Shown: positions 37,800-47,285 of the stretch, one piece after another | Position numbering within the stretch: the first letter of the stretch is position 1 | Layout of the letters: each line of letters starts with the position of its first letter | NCBI GenBank assembly: GCA_045863395.1 | Contig: BTVJ01000013.1 | Location: 77,242-141,241 of the forward strand | DNA length: 64,000 bases | Source of the DNA: Myxococcales bacterium | GTDB lineage: Bacteria > Myxococcota_A > UBA9042 > JABWCM01 > BTVJ01 | Direction: 5' to 3' | Notes under the pieces: model-generated | Told to the model about the DNA's origin: nothing | The model's input: the letters and a program-made list of their open reading frames with translations, nothing else | The model's database searches: none | Translations under genes and position numbers: made by a program

Positions 37800-39572
37800 T
37801 CACTCCACGGGGTACGCGTCCAGCAGCTCCTGGGGGACCTCCCCAGCGGTGGCGATGGCCTTGAAGGTCGCGACCCCCTTGCGGGCGACGCGGGCCTTGA
37901 CGGGGTCGTCCGGATCCACGGCAAAGAGGCCCATGCGGATGCCCATGCCGTGGTTCCACTCGTAGTTGTCGAGGAGCGTCCAGTAGAAGTAGCCCTCCAC
38001 CTTGGCGCCGTCGTGGATGGCGCGCGAGAGCCACGTCAGCATCTGGGCCAGGAACTCCACCTGGGTGCCGTCGTCGCTCGGGTCCGCGGTGCCGTTCTCG
38101 GTCACGATGATCGGCAAGGCGTAGCGCTCGGTCACGGCCATGGCCATCTCGTAGATGCCGCGCGGGTAGTACTCCCAGGGCACCAGGGTGAAGGGGTTGA
38201 GGGTGAGCAGCGGCGAGAAGTCGGGCAGCGCCGAGACCCCGGTGCCCTCCACGGTGACGCGCGTGTAGTAGTTGATTCCGAGGAAGTCCATGCGGTTGGC
38301 GAGATCCTCACGGGGCTCGCCCGTGCCGTCCGCGTCGTCGTCGAGGACGCCCGCGCACACGCCGTCGAGGAACAGCCAGTTCCACAGGTACTCCGTGTCC
38401 TTGGCGGCCTGCACGTCCAGGGGGTTGCCCGGATCCTTCGCCCGGACCGGGGCCGTCGCGTAGACGAGCCCAACCCGCGACGCCTGGCCGTCCCCGTCCG
38501 CGTCCACGGTGTCCGCCGCCTTGACCGCGTCGTACATGCGGGCGTGCGCCTCGATGAGGGCGACGGCCACCTCCCGCGCCTCCTTGCCGCGCAGGCTGAC
38601 GGCGGGCGGGTTCGTCCGCTCGGCGCTCGGCATCAGGTAGCCCGGCAGCACGACGGCCAGCGGCTCGTTCTCCGTGGCCCACAGGTCCACCTCGGCGCCG
38701 AACTCCTGCGCGACGAAGCCCGCGTACTTCGCGATCTCGGCGATGGTCCGCTCCTTGTCGAGCCAGCCGCGCGGGCTGCACCCGTCCAGGTCCTTGTGGC
38801 AGCCCACCGCGTCGTGGATCCACGACGGCAGGGTGTAGTGGTTGAGCGTGATCAGCGGCTTGAGCCCCCGCACCTTCAGGGCAGCCAGCATGGCGTGGTA
38901 GGTGGCCAGGGCGTCCGCACTCGCGATCGCCTTCAGGGCCTCGTAGCCCTCGACGCCGTCGGTCGCCGTCGGGAACACGCGGCTCCACTCGAAGGACATG
39001 CGCAGCGCGCTGCTGCCGAGCTCCTCCGCCGCGCGCTGGAAGTCGCCGTCGTACAGCTCCCACATGCCGGGGCCCTTGGAGACCGGGTCACCGCTCAGGT
39101 GGGTGCTCGGGTCGGCCACCATGTCCGGTGACATGACGAACTCATACCAGTCGGAGTTGGGGTCGTCGCAGGTGGCAGCAGGCAGCGTCGGGCAGCCCAT
39201 GTCCACCTGGAAGCCAGCCACCGCCGTCCCGAAGAGGAAGCCCGCAGGGAACGGCGCGTCCGCTGGCCAGGACGGGCCCGCGTCCGGGGTGCCTGCGTCA
39301 TCGGGGCCGGCGTCGTTGCCGGTCGCATCCGAGCCCCCTGCATCCGCACCGCCCGTATCGGTCACTCCCCCGCCATCGCCGGTGGCACCCGAATCCGCTC
39401 CGGCCGTGTCTCCGCCCGCGTCCGGCGCGGCGTCCGAGGTGCCCGCGCCGTCTGCGGTGTCCTTGGCGCCACCGGTGTCCGACGTGCCGGCCCCCTCGGG
39501 GGACTCGTCATCGGCGCAGGAGGTCCACACGAGCGCAGCCAGGAGCAGGGTCAGAGCACGAAGTGTCATCAC
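37800..39572 (-). CDS. Glycoside hydrolase family 1 (beta-glycosidase) lipoprotein
   Basis: FPAGFLFGTAVAGFQ, RMSFEWSRVFP, acid/base TENEP, nucleophile VTENG and WTLLDNYEW; Cys after the signal peptide (WTSC) followed by an acidic tether. Confidence 0.92.
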   Translation of the reverse strand: MMTLRALTLLLAALVWTSCADDESPEGAGTSDTGGAKDTADGAGTSDAAPDAGGDTAGADSGATGDGGGVTDTGGADAGGSDATGNDAGPDDAGTPDAGPSWPADAPFPAGFLFGTAVAGFQVDMGCPTLPAATCDDPNSDWYEFVMSPDMVADPSTHLSGDPVSKGPGMWELYDGDFQRAAEELGSSALRMSFEWSRVFPTATDGVEGYEALKAIASADALATYHAMLAALKVRGLKPLITLNHYTLPSWIHDAVGCHKDLDGCSPRGWLDKERTIAEIAKYAGFVAQEFGAEVDLWATENEPLAVVLPGYLMPSAERTNPPAVSLRGKEAREVAVALIEAHARMYDAVKAADTVDADGDGQASRVGLVYATAPVRAKDPGNPLDVQAAKDTEYLWNWLFLDGVCAGVLDDDADGTGEPREDLANRMDFLGINYYTRVTVEGTGVSALPDFSPLLTLNPFTLVPWEYYPRGIYEMAMAVTERYALPIIVTENGTADPSDDGTQVEFLAQMLTWLSRAIHDGAKVEGYFYWTLLDNYEWNHGMGIRMGLFAVDPDDPVKARVARKGVATFKAIATAGEVPQELLDAYPVE

Positions 39573-39740
39573 GTACCTCCGGTGGTGGCGATCCCTTGGC
39601 AGCCGAGGCTAGTTTCCGAGCACAGGTGTGTCAACGACGCGCGGCTCCGGTCGCCGGGCGCCCCGCTTCCTCGTCCGCCAGGTACCGCCCGCGTGCCCCC
39701 CGGCTCGCCATTGCCCGTTGCATGCGGCATGATGCGGGCC

Positions 39741-39836
39741 ATGGCAGCACCCCACCACCTCCTCCGTAGTGCGCGCCTGGTCCGGGTGCGCCTCCCCGAG
39801 GAGGAGGCCGTCCGGCGGAGGATCTCACACGCATGA
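39741..39836 (+). CDS. Candidate leaderless 31-aa upstream ORF before the aminopeptidase
   Basis: TCGCCA (39705-39710), 17 nt, CATGAT (39728-39733), 7 nt, then ATG; encodes MAAPHHLLRSARLVRVRLPEEEAVRRRISHA. Confidence 0.3.
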   Translation: MAAPHHLLRSARLVRVRLPEEEAVRRRISHA

Positions 39837-39878
39837 TCGGGACCTGCCGCTCGCCAGGGCGACCAAGGAGCAGACACG

Positions 39879-42440
39879 ATGAGCCATGAGTCGAGCCGCT
39901 GGGCGGCGAGAGTTTGCAGCGGCGGTGACTTCGCCCCCCCCGGCGCGGACCTGCACTACCCCCCCGACCTGGAGCTGGAGCCGGTCCACCTGGAGCTGGA
40001 CCTACGGGTGGACGTCGCCGGCGGCGCCCTCGACGGGCGGGTGACCACCACGGTCCGCGCCCTCCACGCGGGCCCCCGCACCCTGACCCTGGACGCGGTC
40101 GCGTTCGAGGCGGTCACGGCGTTGGACCCCGATGGCCGGCCCCTGGCGCACGCCTACGACGGCGACCGGCTGCGCCTCACCTGGGTGGACCCGTTCTCCG
40201 CGGGCGAGGAGCGCCGCGTGCAGGTGACCTATCGCGTGGAGCGCCCCGCCGCGGGCCTGCTCTTCGGCGCGCCCACCCCCGAGACACCCGACACGCCGCT
40301 GTTCGCCGCCACGGACAACGAGACGGAGCGGGCGCGGCACTGGCTCCCCTGCGTCGACCTGCCCAGCGTGCGCTGCACCCAGGCGTGGGCCATCCGCGCC
40401 GACTCCCGCTTCACGGTGCTCGCCAATGGCGCGCTGGTGAACGAGACGGACCATGACGACGGCACTCGCACGACTCGGTGGCGCCTCGACGTGCGCTGCC
40501 CGAGCTATCTGACCTGCTTCGTCGTGGGGGAGCTCGTCCGCAGAGACCACGGGCTCTGGCGCGGCCGCCCGGTCGCCTCCTTTGCGACGCCCTCCCACAC
40601 GGCCGAGGACCTGGAGCGCAGCTTCGGGCGCACGCCTGCCATGCTCGCGTGGCTGGAGGCCAAGGTGGGGCAGGAGCTGCCGTTCCCCAAGTACTTCCAG
40701 TTCGCGGTGCCGGGCATCGGCGGCGCCATGGAGAACATCTCGCTCGTGAGCTGGGACGACCGCTTCGTGCTCGACGCGGCCACAGCCCCGGAGCGCGCCT
40801 GGCTCGTCGACCTGATCAACGTGCACGAGATGGCGCACTCCTTCTTCGGCGACCTGGTGGTCTGTCGGGACTTTGCCCACGCCTGGCTCAAGGAGTCCTG
40901 GGCGACCTACATGGAGCAGTGCTGGCTCGAGGACGTCGTCGGGGCAGACGAGGCGGACTACCTGTATTGGGACCACGCCCAGGCCTACTTCGACGAGGCG
41001 GACTCCCGCTACAAGCGCCCGCTGGTCACCCGCCGCTTCGCCTCCTCGTGGGACATGTACGACCGCCACCTCTACCCGGGGGGCGCGTGCCGGCTGCACA
41101 CGCTCCGAGGCGAGATCGGCGATGACGCGTTCTGGGCCGCGGTGCGTGACTACGTGGCGACGCACTCGGGCGGCGTGGTGGAGACGGACGATCTGCGCCG
41201 CGCCATGGAGCGCCACAGCGGCCGCTCGCTGGGCCGCTTCTTCGACCAGTGGTTCCACTCGCCCGGCTATCCTGCCCTCGACGTCACCTTCGCGTGGGAC
41301 GCCGAGCGGCGGGAGGGCACCTTCACGCTGAAGCAGACCCAGGCGGACGAGAAGGCCGGCGTGCCGCTCTTCGACCTGCACATCGAGCTGGGCTGGGTCC
41401 TCGACGGCGTGCTTCAGACCCAGGTGGTGAGCCTCAGCGCCGAGCGACACGTGCTGGTCGTGCCCATGGACCGAGACCCGGAGCAGGTCCGGGTCGATCC
41501 CCACGCCAAGGTGCTCCACAAGCTCAGCTTCGACCCGGGCGACGTCCGGGCGCGGCGCCAGCTCCGGGAGGCGCCGGACGTCATCGGGCGAATCCAGGCG
41601 GCGCGCGCCCTGTGCGAGTCCGGGCGCCGGGGCGCCGTCGAGGTGGTGAGCGCGGCCTACGCCCATGAGCCCTTCTGGGGAGTGCGTGTCGAGCTGGCCA
41701 AGGCCCTCGCCAAGGCGGGCAGCGAGGCGGCGGCCCGGGCGCTGGAGGCCGCGGTGCGGTCCGAGGCCGATCCGATGGTCCTGGAGCACGTCCTGCGGGC
41801 TGCTGGCAAGCTGCGGGACCCTGCGCTCGCCGCGGCGTTGCGTGGGCGGATCGACGGCGGGCTCCCCCCTCGCGCCGAAGGGGCCGCGTGGGAGTCCCTG
41901 GGGGCCCAGCGCCGGGATGCCCCCCTGGACGACCTGCGCGCGGCAGCCCGCCGCGCGGGGCCCGGGGACGAGGCGCAGGCGGGGGCCCTGCGAGGCCTTG
42001 GCGAGACCCGCCACCCCGACGCCCTCGCAGCTCTCCTCGAGGCGTCCCGCCCGGCGGCCGTCCCCACCCTGGCCCGCCCCGCCGCCGCCGCGGGACTCGG
42101 CAGCCTCGGAGGCGCGCTGGAGCGGGGCCCCCGCGAGCAGGTCGTGGAGCGTCTCACGGATCTTCTCCGTGACCCCGTCCCCCAGGTGCGGTCCGCCGCG
42201 GCGTCGGCCCTCGCAGCCATGCGCGCCACGGAGGCGGCGGGCGCCATCGACGCCTACGCCCGGCGCCTCGCCCGCCAGGACCGCGTGCGCGCCGAGCGCC
42301 TGGCGGCGGACCTGCGGGCGGCCGAGTCCCCCCAGGTCACGGCCTTGCAGAAGCAGGTCGACGAGCTGCGCGAGAAGCTCAAGAAGGTCGAGGCCACGCT
42401 GCAGGGCGTCCAGGCGCGCGTCTCCCCCAACGGGGAGTGA
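39879..42440 (+). CDS. M1-family zinc aminopeptidase with C-terminal HEAT repeats and coiled coil
   Basis: SD AAGGAG; GGAMEN exopeptidase motif; HEMAH-x18-E zinc motif; HEAT-like helical tail. Confidence 0.92.
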   Translation: MSHESSRWAARVCSGGDFAPPGADLHYPPDLELEPVHLELDLRVDVAGGALDGRVTTTVRALHAGPRTLTLDAVAFEAVTALDPDGRPLAHAYDGDRLRLTWVDPFSAGEERRVQVTYRVERPAAGLLFGAPTPETPDTPLFAATDNETERARHWLPCVDLPSVRCTQAWAIRADSRFTVLANGALVNETDHDDGTRTTRWRLDVRCPSYLTCFVVGELVRRDHGLWRGRPVASFATPSHTAEDLERSFGRTPAMLAWLEAKVGQELPFPKYFQFAVPGIGGAMENISLVSWDDRFVLDAATAPERAWLVDLINVHEMAHSFFGDLVVCRDFAHAWLKESWATYMEQCWLEDVVGADEADYLYWDHAQAYFDEADSRYKRPLVTRRFASSWDMYDRHLYPGGACRLHTLRGEIGDDAFWAAVRDYVATHSGGVVETDDLRRAMERHSGRSLGRFFDQWFHSPGYPALDVTFAWDAERREGTFTLKQTQADEKAGVPLFDLHIELGWVLDGVLQTQVVSLSAERHVLVVPMDRDPEQVRVDPHAKVLHKLSFDPGDVRARRQLREAPDVIGRIQAARALCESGRRGAVEVVSAAYAHEPFWGVRVELAKALAKAGSEAAARALEAAVRSEADPMVLEHVLRAAGKLRDPALAAALRGRIDGGLPPRAEGAAWESLGAQRRDAPLDDLRAAARRAGPGDEAQAGALRGLGETRHPDALAALLEASRPAAVPTLARPAAAAGLGSLGGALERGPREQVVERLTDLLRDPVPQVRSAAASALAAMRATEAAGAIDAYARRLARQDRVRAERLAADLRAAESPQVTALQKQVDELREKLKKVEATLQGVQARVSPNGE

Positions 42441-42589
42441 CACGACGGGCACCGTGTCCGTGCGCCCCGCCGACCGCTCACCCCCCTGAGGCCCCCGACC
42501 ACCGCCCGCGGGAACCACCGCGTCTGGACACGCGCCCCGACTCGCGTCATCCTGGGCGCGCTCCCCCCAACGCCGGAGGCTCGACGCCA

Positions 42590-43642
42590 ATGAGCGCGAC
42601 CGTCAGCATGTGGCTCGGCATCGCCTTCCTCGGGCTCGCCGTCGCGGCGACCCTCCTCCAGGCCTGGCTCTGGAGCTTCCCCATGGCGCCGGACCCGGGC
42701 GGGCCCGACCCCAACGGCCGCTCGACGGCCCCGCGCTCCTGGACCCACGTCCACCGCGCCATGGGCCTCGCCTACCTGGCGATCTACGTCGCCATGATGA
42801 TCGAGATGGTCCCTCGGCTCTGGGAGTACCAGTTCGAGCTGCCGGCGCGCACGGTCATGCACGCGGTCATGGGCATCACCATCGGCGTGCTGCTGGCCGC
42901 GAAGATCGCGATCATCCGCTGGTTCCAGCACTTCGGGAAGGCGCTGCCCACCATCGGCCTCACCCTGCTCCTTTGCACGGTCATCCTCTCGACCTTGTCG
43001 CTGCCCTTCGCGCTGCGCGCGCATGACGTCGGCGGCCAGACCCTGGACCCGCAGAACCTCGCGCGCGTCCGGCGCATCCTCGCGGGTCTCGACTTCGGCC
43101 ACGCCGTCGACGCGGACGCGCTGACCACGCGAGCGTCCATGGAGGCGGGGCGGGACGTGCTCGCGCGCAAGTGCACGGTCTGCCACGACATCCGCACCAT
43201 CATCATCAAGCCGCGCACGGGGGCCGCCTGGCTCGACAGCGTGCAGCGCATGGCGCAGAAGCCCGCCATCGGGGAGCCCATCACCGAGCCGGACATCGCG
43301 GTGGTCACCGCCTACCTGGTGGCGATCACGCCCGACATCCAGGAGTCCACAAAGCGCAAGCAACGCCAGGAGCGCCAGCGCGAGGAGCGGGCCGCCGAGG
43401 TGGCCGCCCTGCCCGCCCCCGAGGCCCCCCCCGCGTTCGACCCCGTGAAGGTGCGCCCGGTCTACGAGGACAAGTGCTCCCAGTGCCACGAGCTCACGGA
43501 GGTGGCGGCCGCTGGCGGCAAGGACGAGGCAGGCTGGGCGGCCATCGTCCGCCGCATGGTGGAGGACAACGGCGCGGAGCTGAGCGAGCAGGAGGCGCGA
43601 GACATCACCCTCTACCTGGCGGTGTCTCACGGGAAGCCGTAG
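42590..43642 (+). CDS. Membrane protein with four TM helices fused to two c-type cytochrome domains
   Basis: SD GGAGG; TM helices with His residues (HVHRAMG, MHAVMG); heme motifs CTVCH and CSQCH, each followed by W..(S/I)V.RM. Confidence 0.8.
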   Translation: MSATVSMWLGIAFLGLAVAATLLQAWLWSFPMAPDPGGPDPNGRSTAPRSWTHVHRAMGLAYLAIYVAMMIEMVPRLWEYQFELPARTVMHAVMGITIGVLLAAKIAIIRWFQHFGKALPTIGLTLLLCTVILSTLSLPFALRAHDVGGQTLDPQNLARVRRILAGLDFGHAVDADALTTRASMEAGRDVLARKCTVCHDIRTIIIKPRTGAAWLDSVQRMAQKPAIGEPITEPDIAVVTAYLVAITPDIQESTKRKQRQERQREERAAEVAALPAPEAPPAFDPVKVRPVYEDKCSQCHELTEVAAAGGKDEAGWAAIVRRMVEDNGAELSEQEARDITLYLAVSHGKP

Positions 43643-43727
43643 CGCCGCACACCTTGGCAGGGCTCGGACCTGTGGTGAGGCGGCCGTGCCCGGGCCCCGA
43701 TGCCGCCTCCCAGGACGACGCAGGGGC

Positions 43728-43756
43728 TTGCGCGCCCACGCCGACAGGTCCACCAT
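43728..43756 (+). promoter_or_regulatory. Candidate leaderless promoter
   Basis: TTGCGC (43728-43733), 17 nt, CACCAT (43751-43756), 6 nt, then ATG 43763; no SD. Confidence 0.45.
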
Positions 43757-43762
43757 CGGGCC

Positions 43763-44461
43763 ATGATGCGGCGCGCAGCACTCTGGATCGGGGCGCTGGC
43801 CATCGCCATCGTGGCGTGGCTGCTGGTGTGGCCGCCGGCCGGGGAGCGAGACGCGCCGGGCCCATCGCCACCCGACGCTCCGCCCGCGGACGCCGGCAGC
43901 ACCGAGGACACTGGGCCCGGCCCCGTCAGGGTGGCGCGCCGTCAGGAGGCCCCCCCCGCGACCCCGGCCCGCTCCGACGGTCCATCCGCCGAGCCCGCCC
44001 CCACCGGCCCCGGGCAGCCGCCCAGCCCTCCATCCGTGCCGGCGGACGCTCCCCGGCTGGGACGTCCACCGCTCCCCACGGCAGGAGGAGGCCACTCCCC
44101 CGAGCCCGCGGCGGTTGACGAGCCTGACCCCGCCCGAGAGCTCGTCTTCTCACCCGACAAGGACGGGGTCCAGGGAGCGGTGCGCGAGGCCTTGCCGGCG
44201 ATCCAGGAGTGCTACGAGGGGTGGCTGGAGGCGGACCCGGGCCTCGCTGGCGCCATCAAGGTGCGGTTCACCGTGGAGGCGGACGGCGAGGAGGCGCGCG
44301 TGACGAGCGCGTCGCTGCTCTCTTCCACGATGGCGCACCCCTTCGTCGAGGGCTGCGTGCTCAACGCGATGAGCGGGCTCCGCTTCGATCCTCCGGAGGG
44401 GGGCCGCCTGGACGTGACCTACCCTCTGCGGTTCGCGCCCAGCGAGGAGGCTCCTCCGTAG
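43763..44461 (+). CDS. AgmX/PglI C-terminal (TonB-C-like) domain protein
   Basis: N-terminal TM helix, Pro-rich linker, then IQECYEGWL...LAGAIKVRFTV...VEGCVLNAM...FDPP...VTYPLRF. Confidence 0.78.
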   Translation: MMRRAALWIGALAIAIVAWLLVWPPAGERDAPGPSPPDAPPADAGSTEDTGPGPVRVARRQEAPPATPARSDGPSAEPAPTGPGQPPSPPSVPADAPRLGRPPLPTAGGGHSPEPAAVDEPDPARELVFSPDKDGVQGAVREALPAIQECYEGWLEADPGLAGAIKVRFTVEADGEEARVTSASLLSSTMAHPFVEGCVLNAMSGLRFDPPEGGRLDVTYPLRFAPSEEAPP

Positions 44462-44684
44462 GGGAGGCACCGGCGTACCCGAACGTGTCGGGGTCGGGCC
44501 ATGGAGCCCGCGCATCGGCCTGGTTGTGCGGTTCGGCGGTCTCCGGCATGATGGCCTGCACCGTGCGACGAGCGCGGCCGACGACCGGGAGCGGCGACGG
44601 CCAGCATCGGGCCCCTTGGTCGCCGGAGCGTGACGCACTGCGAGGCGCGCTCGGGCGTCTCGCACGCAGGGATCGACGACGCCG

Positions 44685-47264
44685 ATGGTCAGACTCTGTT
44701 GGTCGAGCAGGCCACCACTCCGGAGCCCCCCGGCGCGTCGGGAGGACGTCGGCGTATCACAGCTTCCCGTCCACAGGGGTGTCTCTCGCAGCACACCGAG
44801 CCGCGCCGGCCTCCTCGCCGTCACACTGCTGGCGCTCCTCGCCACACTCGGGCACGCCGACCCGACTGACGCTCGCACGGTGCGGATGGGCGTCTACCAG
44901 AACAAGCCCAAGGTCTTCATGGATGAGAGGGGCGAGGCCGACGGCCTGTTCGTCAATCTCTTCGACGAGATCGCCCGCGCCGAGGGCTGGACCCCGCTCT
45001 ACGTGCCCTGCCAATGGACGGAGTGCTTGGACGAGCTCGAGGCCGGACGCATCGACCTGATGCCGGACGTCGCACACTCGCGGGAGCGCGCGCGGCGCTT
45101 CGCCTTCCACAAGACTCCGGTCCTGGAGAGCTGGTCTCAGATCTACGCGTCTCCCGGGGCCTCGATCCAGACCATGGCGGACCTGGACGGCAAGCGGGTC
45201 GCCCTGCTCGGGGGGTCCATCCAGCAGACGACGTTCGGACAGATGATGGCCGGGTTTGGCTTCGAGACGACCCTCATCCCGACAGACTCTCTTGAAGACG
45301 CTTTCCGGGCTGTCCAGAAGGGCGAGGCCGACGCCGCCATCGCCAACCACTTCTTCGGAGAGTACTTTCACGAGGAGTATGGGCTGGTCCGGACGTCCGT
45401 GGTCTTTCACGTGGCGCAGCTCTATTTCGTCACGGCCAAGGGTCGAAACCGGGACCTGCTGGACGCAATCGACCGGCGCCTCGATCAGTGGCGGGCAGAG
45501 TCGAACTCGGCCTACTACGCGACTCTGGGCCGATGGATGGATCGTCCGCCCGTGAGTGTGGTCCCCCGCAGAGTCATCTGGGTGGTGGGGATCTCCCTCG
45601 CCCTTCTGCTGCTGGCCGTCTGCGCCATTCTGCTCCTGCGTCACCAGGTCAGATCGAGAACCCGCCACCTGGTCCGGGTCAACGAGGAGCTGCATGAGAC
45701 CCAGGCAGCGCTCCTCAAGAGCGAGTCTCTCCTGAACTCCGTCGAGCGACTGAGTCGAGTCGGAGGGTGGGAGTGGGACGTCGAGAAGCAGACTGTGTCC
45801 TGGACGGACGAGACGTGGCGGATCCACGGACTGGAGCGGGTCGGGTCTTCCGACGCCTCGCGGGAGCTCCTTGACCGGAGCCTCGCGTGCTTCGACCCGG
45901 CGGCCCAGCCGCGGGTGCGGGAGGCACTTCAGCGCTGCGAGGAGCTCGGCGAACCGTTCGATCTTGAAGGCGGCTTCACGAGCGCCGCTGGGAAGCGCCT
46001 CTGGGTGCGCACGACGGCCGTCCCCATCCGAGGTGAGAGCGGCAAGGTCGACCGGGTCGTAGGCAACATCATGGACGTCACCACTCGCAAGGCAGCCGAC
46101 CAGGAGCGCCGGCACCTCGAGGACCAGCTCCGGCAGTCCATGAAGATGGACGCCATCGGCAAGCTCGCGGGCGGTGTCGCCCACGACTTCAACAACCAGC
46201 TCACCGTGATCCTCAACTACGCCGACATGGCCCTCCTGCACGTGACGGACGAGCGCGTGCGGCGGCTGCTGACGGAGGTCGTGAACGCCGGGCAGCGGTC
46301 CGCGGCGCTGACCCGGCAGCTCCTGGCCTTCAGCCGCAAGCAGGCGCTGGAGCTCAAGCCCGTCGACGTGAACCAGTGCGCCTCGAACCTCGAGAAGATG
46401 CTCCGCCGAGTCCTCGGCGAGGACGTCCACCTGCGGCTGGACCTGGCGCCAGACCTGGGCCTGACATTGGCGGACGCGGGACAGATCGATCAGGTGCTCA
46501 TGAACCTGGTGATCAATGCGCGGGACGCCATGCCCACCGGCGGCACTCTGACCATCGAGACATCCAACGCCGAACTGGACCCCTCCCAAGGCGAGCGGCA
46601 GGTGGACGTGGCGCCGGGGCCGTATGTGATGCTGTCGGTGACGGACACGGGCGTGGGCATGGACGAGGACACCCGCGCCCGAATCTTCGAGCCCTTCTTC
46701 ACGACGAAGCCGGCGGGCAAGGGGACCGGGCTTGGACTGTCCATCGTCTACGGGATCGTGAGGCAGTGCGGTGGCCACATCCACGTCCGGAGCGAGCCGG
46801 GCCGAGGGGCGTGCTTCCAGATCCTGCTGCCTCGCGAGCTGACGGCGGTCGTGGCTGCCTCCGAGGTCACCGCACCGCCGGCACAGGTGGGCGGGAGCGA
46901 GACCATCCTGGTGGTCGAGGACGACGCCGCGGTCCGGGAGCTGACGGCCGAGGTGCTCCGAGCCGCCGGCTACAACGTGCTGGTCGCGGCCAGCGGCGAC
47001 GAGGCGCAGCCGGCCGCCGAAGCGCACGACGGCGACATCCACCTGCTGTTGACGGACGTGGTCCTGCCCGGCCTCGGTGGGACTGCCCTGGCCGCCCACC
47101 TCACGGAGGCGCGACCGGGGATCAAGGTCCTCTTCATGTCGGGGTACAGCGACATGACCGTCATCCATGACGCCGTCGCCGCGGACGCGGTCCGGCTCAT
47201 CCCCAAGCCGTTCACCGTCACACAGCTCGCACAGACGGTGCGCGCCACCCTGGATGGGGGCTGA
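44685..47264 (+). CDS. Hybrid sensor histidine kinase (periplasmic SBP family 3, TM, PAS, HisKA, HATPase, REC)
   Basis: GRIDLM SBP motifs; VGGWEWDV PAS; LAGGVAHDFNN H-box; NLVINARDAM; FEPFFTTK...GTGLGL; ILVVEDD...LTDVVLP receiver. Start uncertain. Confidence 0.9.
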   Translation: MVRLCWSSRPPLRSPPARREDVGVSQLPVHRGVSRSTPSRAGLLAVTLLALLATLGHADPTDARTVRMGVYQNKPKVFMDERGEADGLFVNLFDEIARAEGWTPLYVPCQWTECLDELEAGRIDLMPDVAHSRERARRFAFHKTPVLESWSQIYASPGASIQTMADLDGKRVALLGGSIQQTTFGQMMAGFGFETTLIPTDSLEDAFRAVQKGEADAAIANHFFGEYFHEEYGLVRTSVVFHVAQLYFVTAKGRNRDLLDAIDRRLDQWRAESNSAYYATLGRWMDRPPVSVVPRRVIWVVGISLALLLLAVCAILLLRHQVRSRTRHLVRVNEELHETQAALLKSESLLNSVERLSRVGGWEWDVEKQTVSWTDETWRIHGLERVGSSDASRELLDRSLACFDPAAQPRVREALQRCEELGEPFDLEGGFTSAAGKRLWVRTTAVPIRGESGKVDRVVGNIMDVTTRKAADQERRHLEDQLRQSMKMDAIGKLAGGVAHDFNNQLTVILNYADMALLHVTDERVRRLLTEVVNAGQRSAALTRQLLAFSRKQALELKPVDVNQCASNLEKMLRRVLGEDVHLRLDLAPDLGLTLADAGQIDQVLMNLVINARDAMPTGGTLTIETSNAELDPSQGERQVDVAPGPYVMLSVTDTGVGMDEDTRARIFEPFFTTKPAGKGTGLGLSIVYGIVRQCGGHIHVRSEPGRGACFQILLPRELTAVVAASEVTAPPAQVGGSETILVVEDDAAVRELTAEVLRAAGYNVLVAASGDEAQPAAEAHDGDIHLLLTDVVLPGLGGTALAAHLTEARPGIKVLFMSGYSDMTVIHDAVAADAVRLIPKPFTVTQLAQTVRATLDGG

Positions 47265-47285
47265 GCGCGCCGCAGGCCCGCACCC

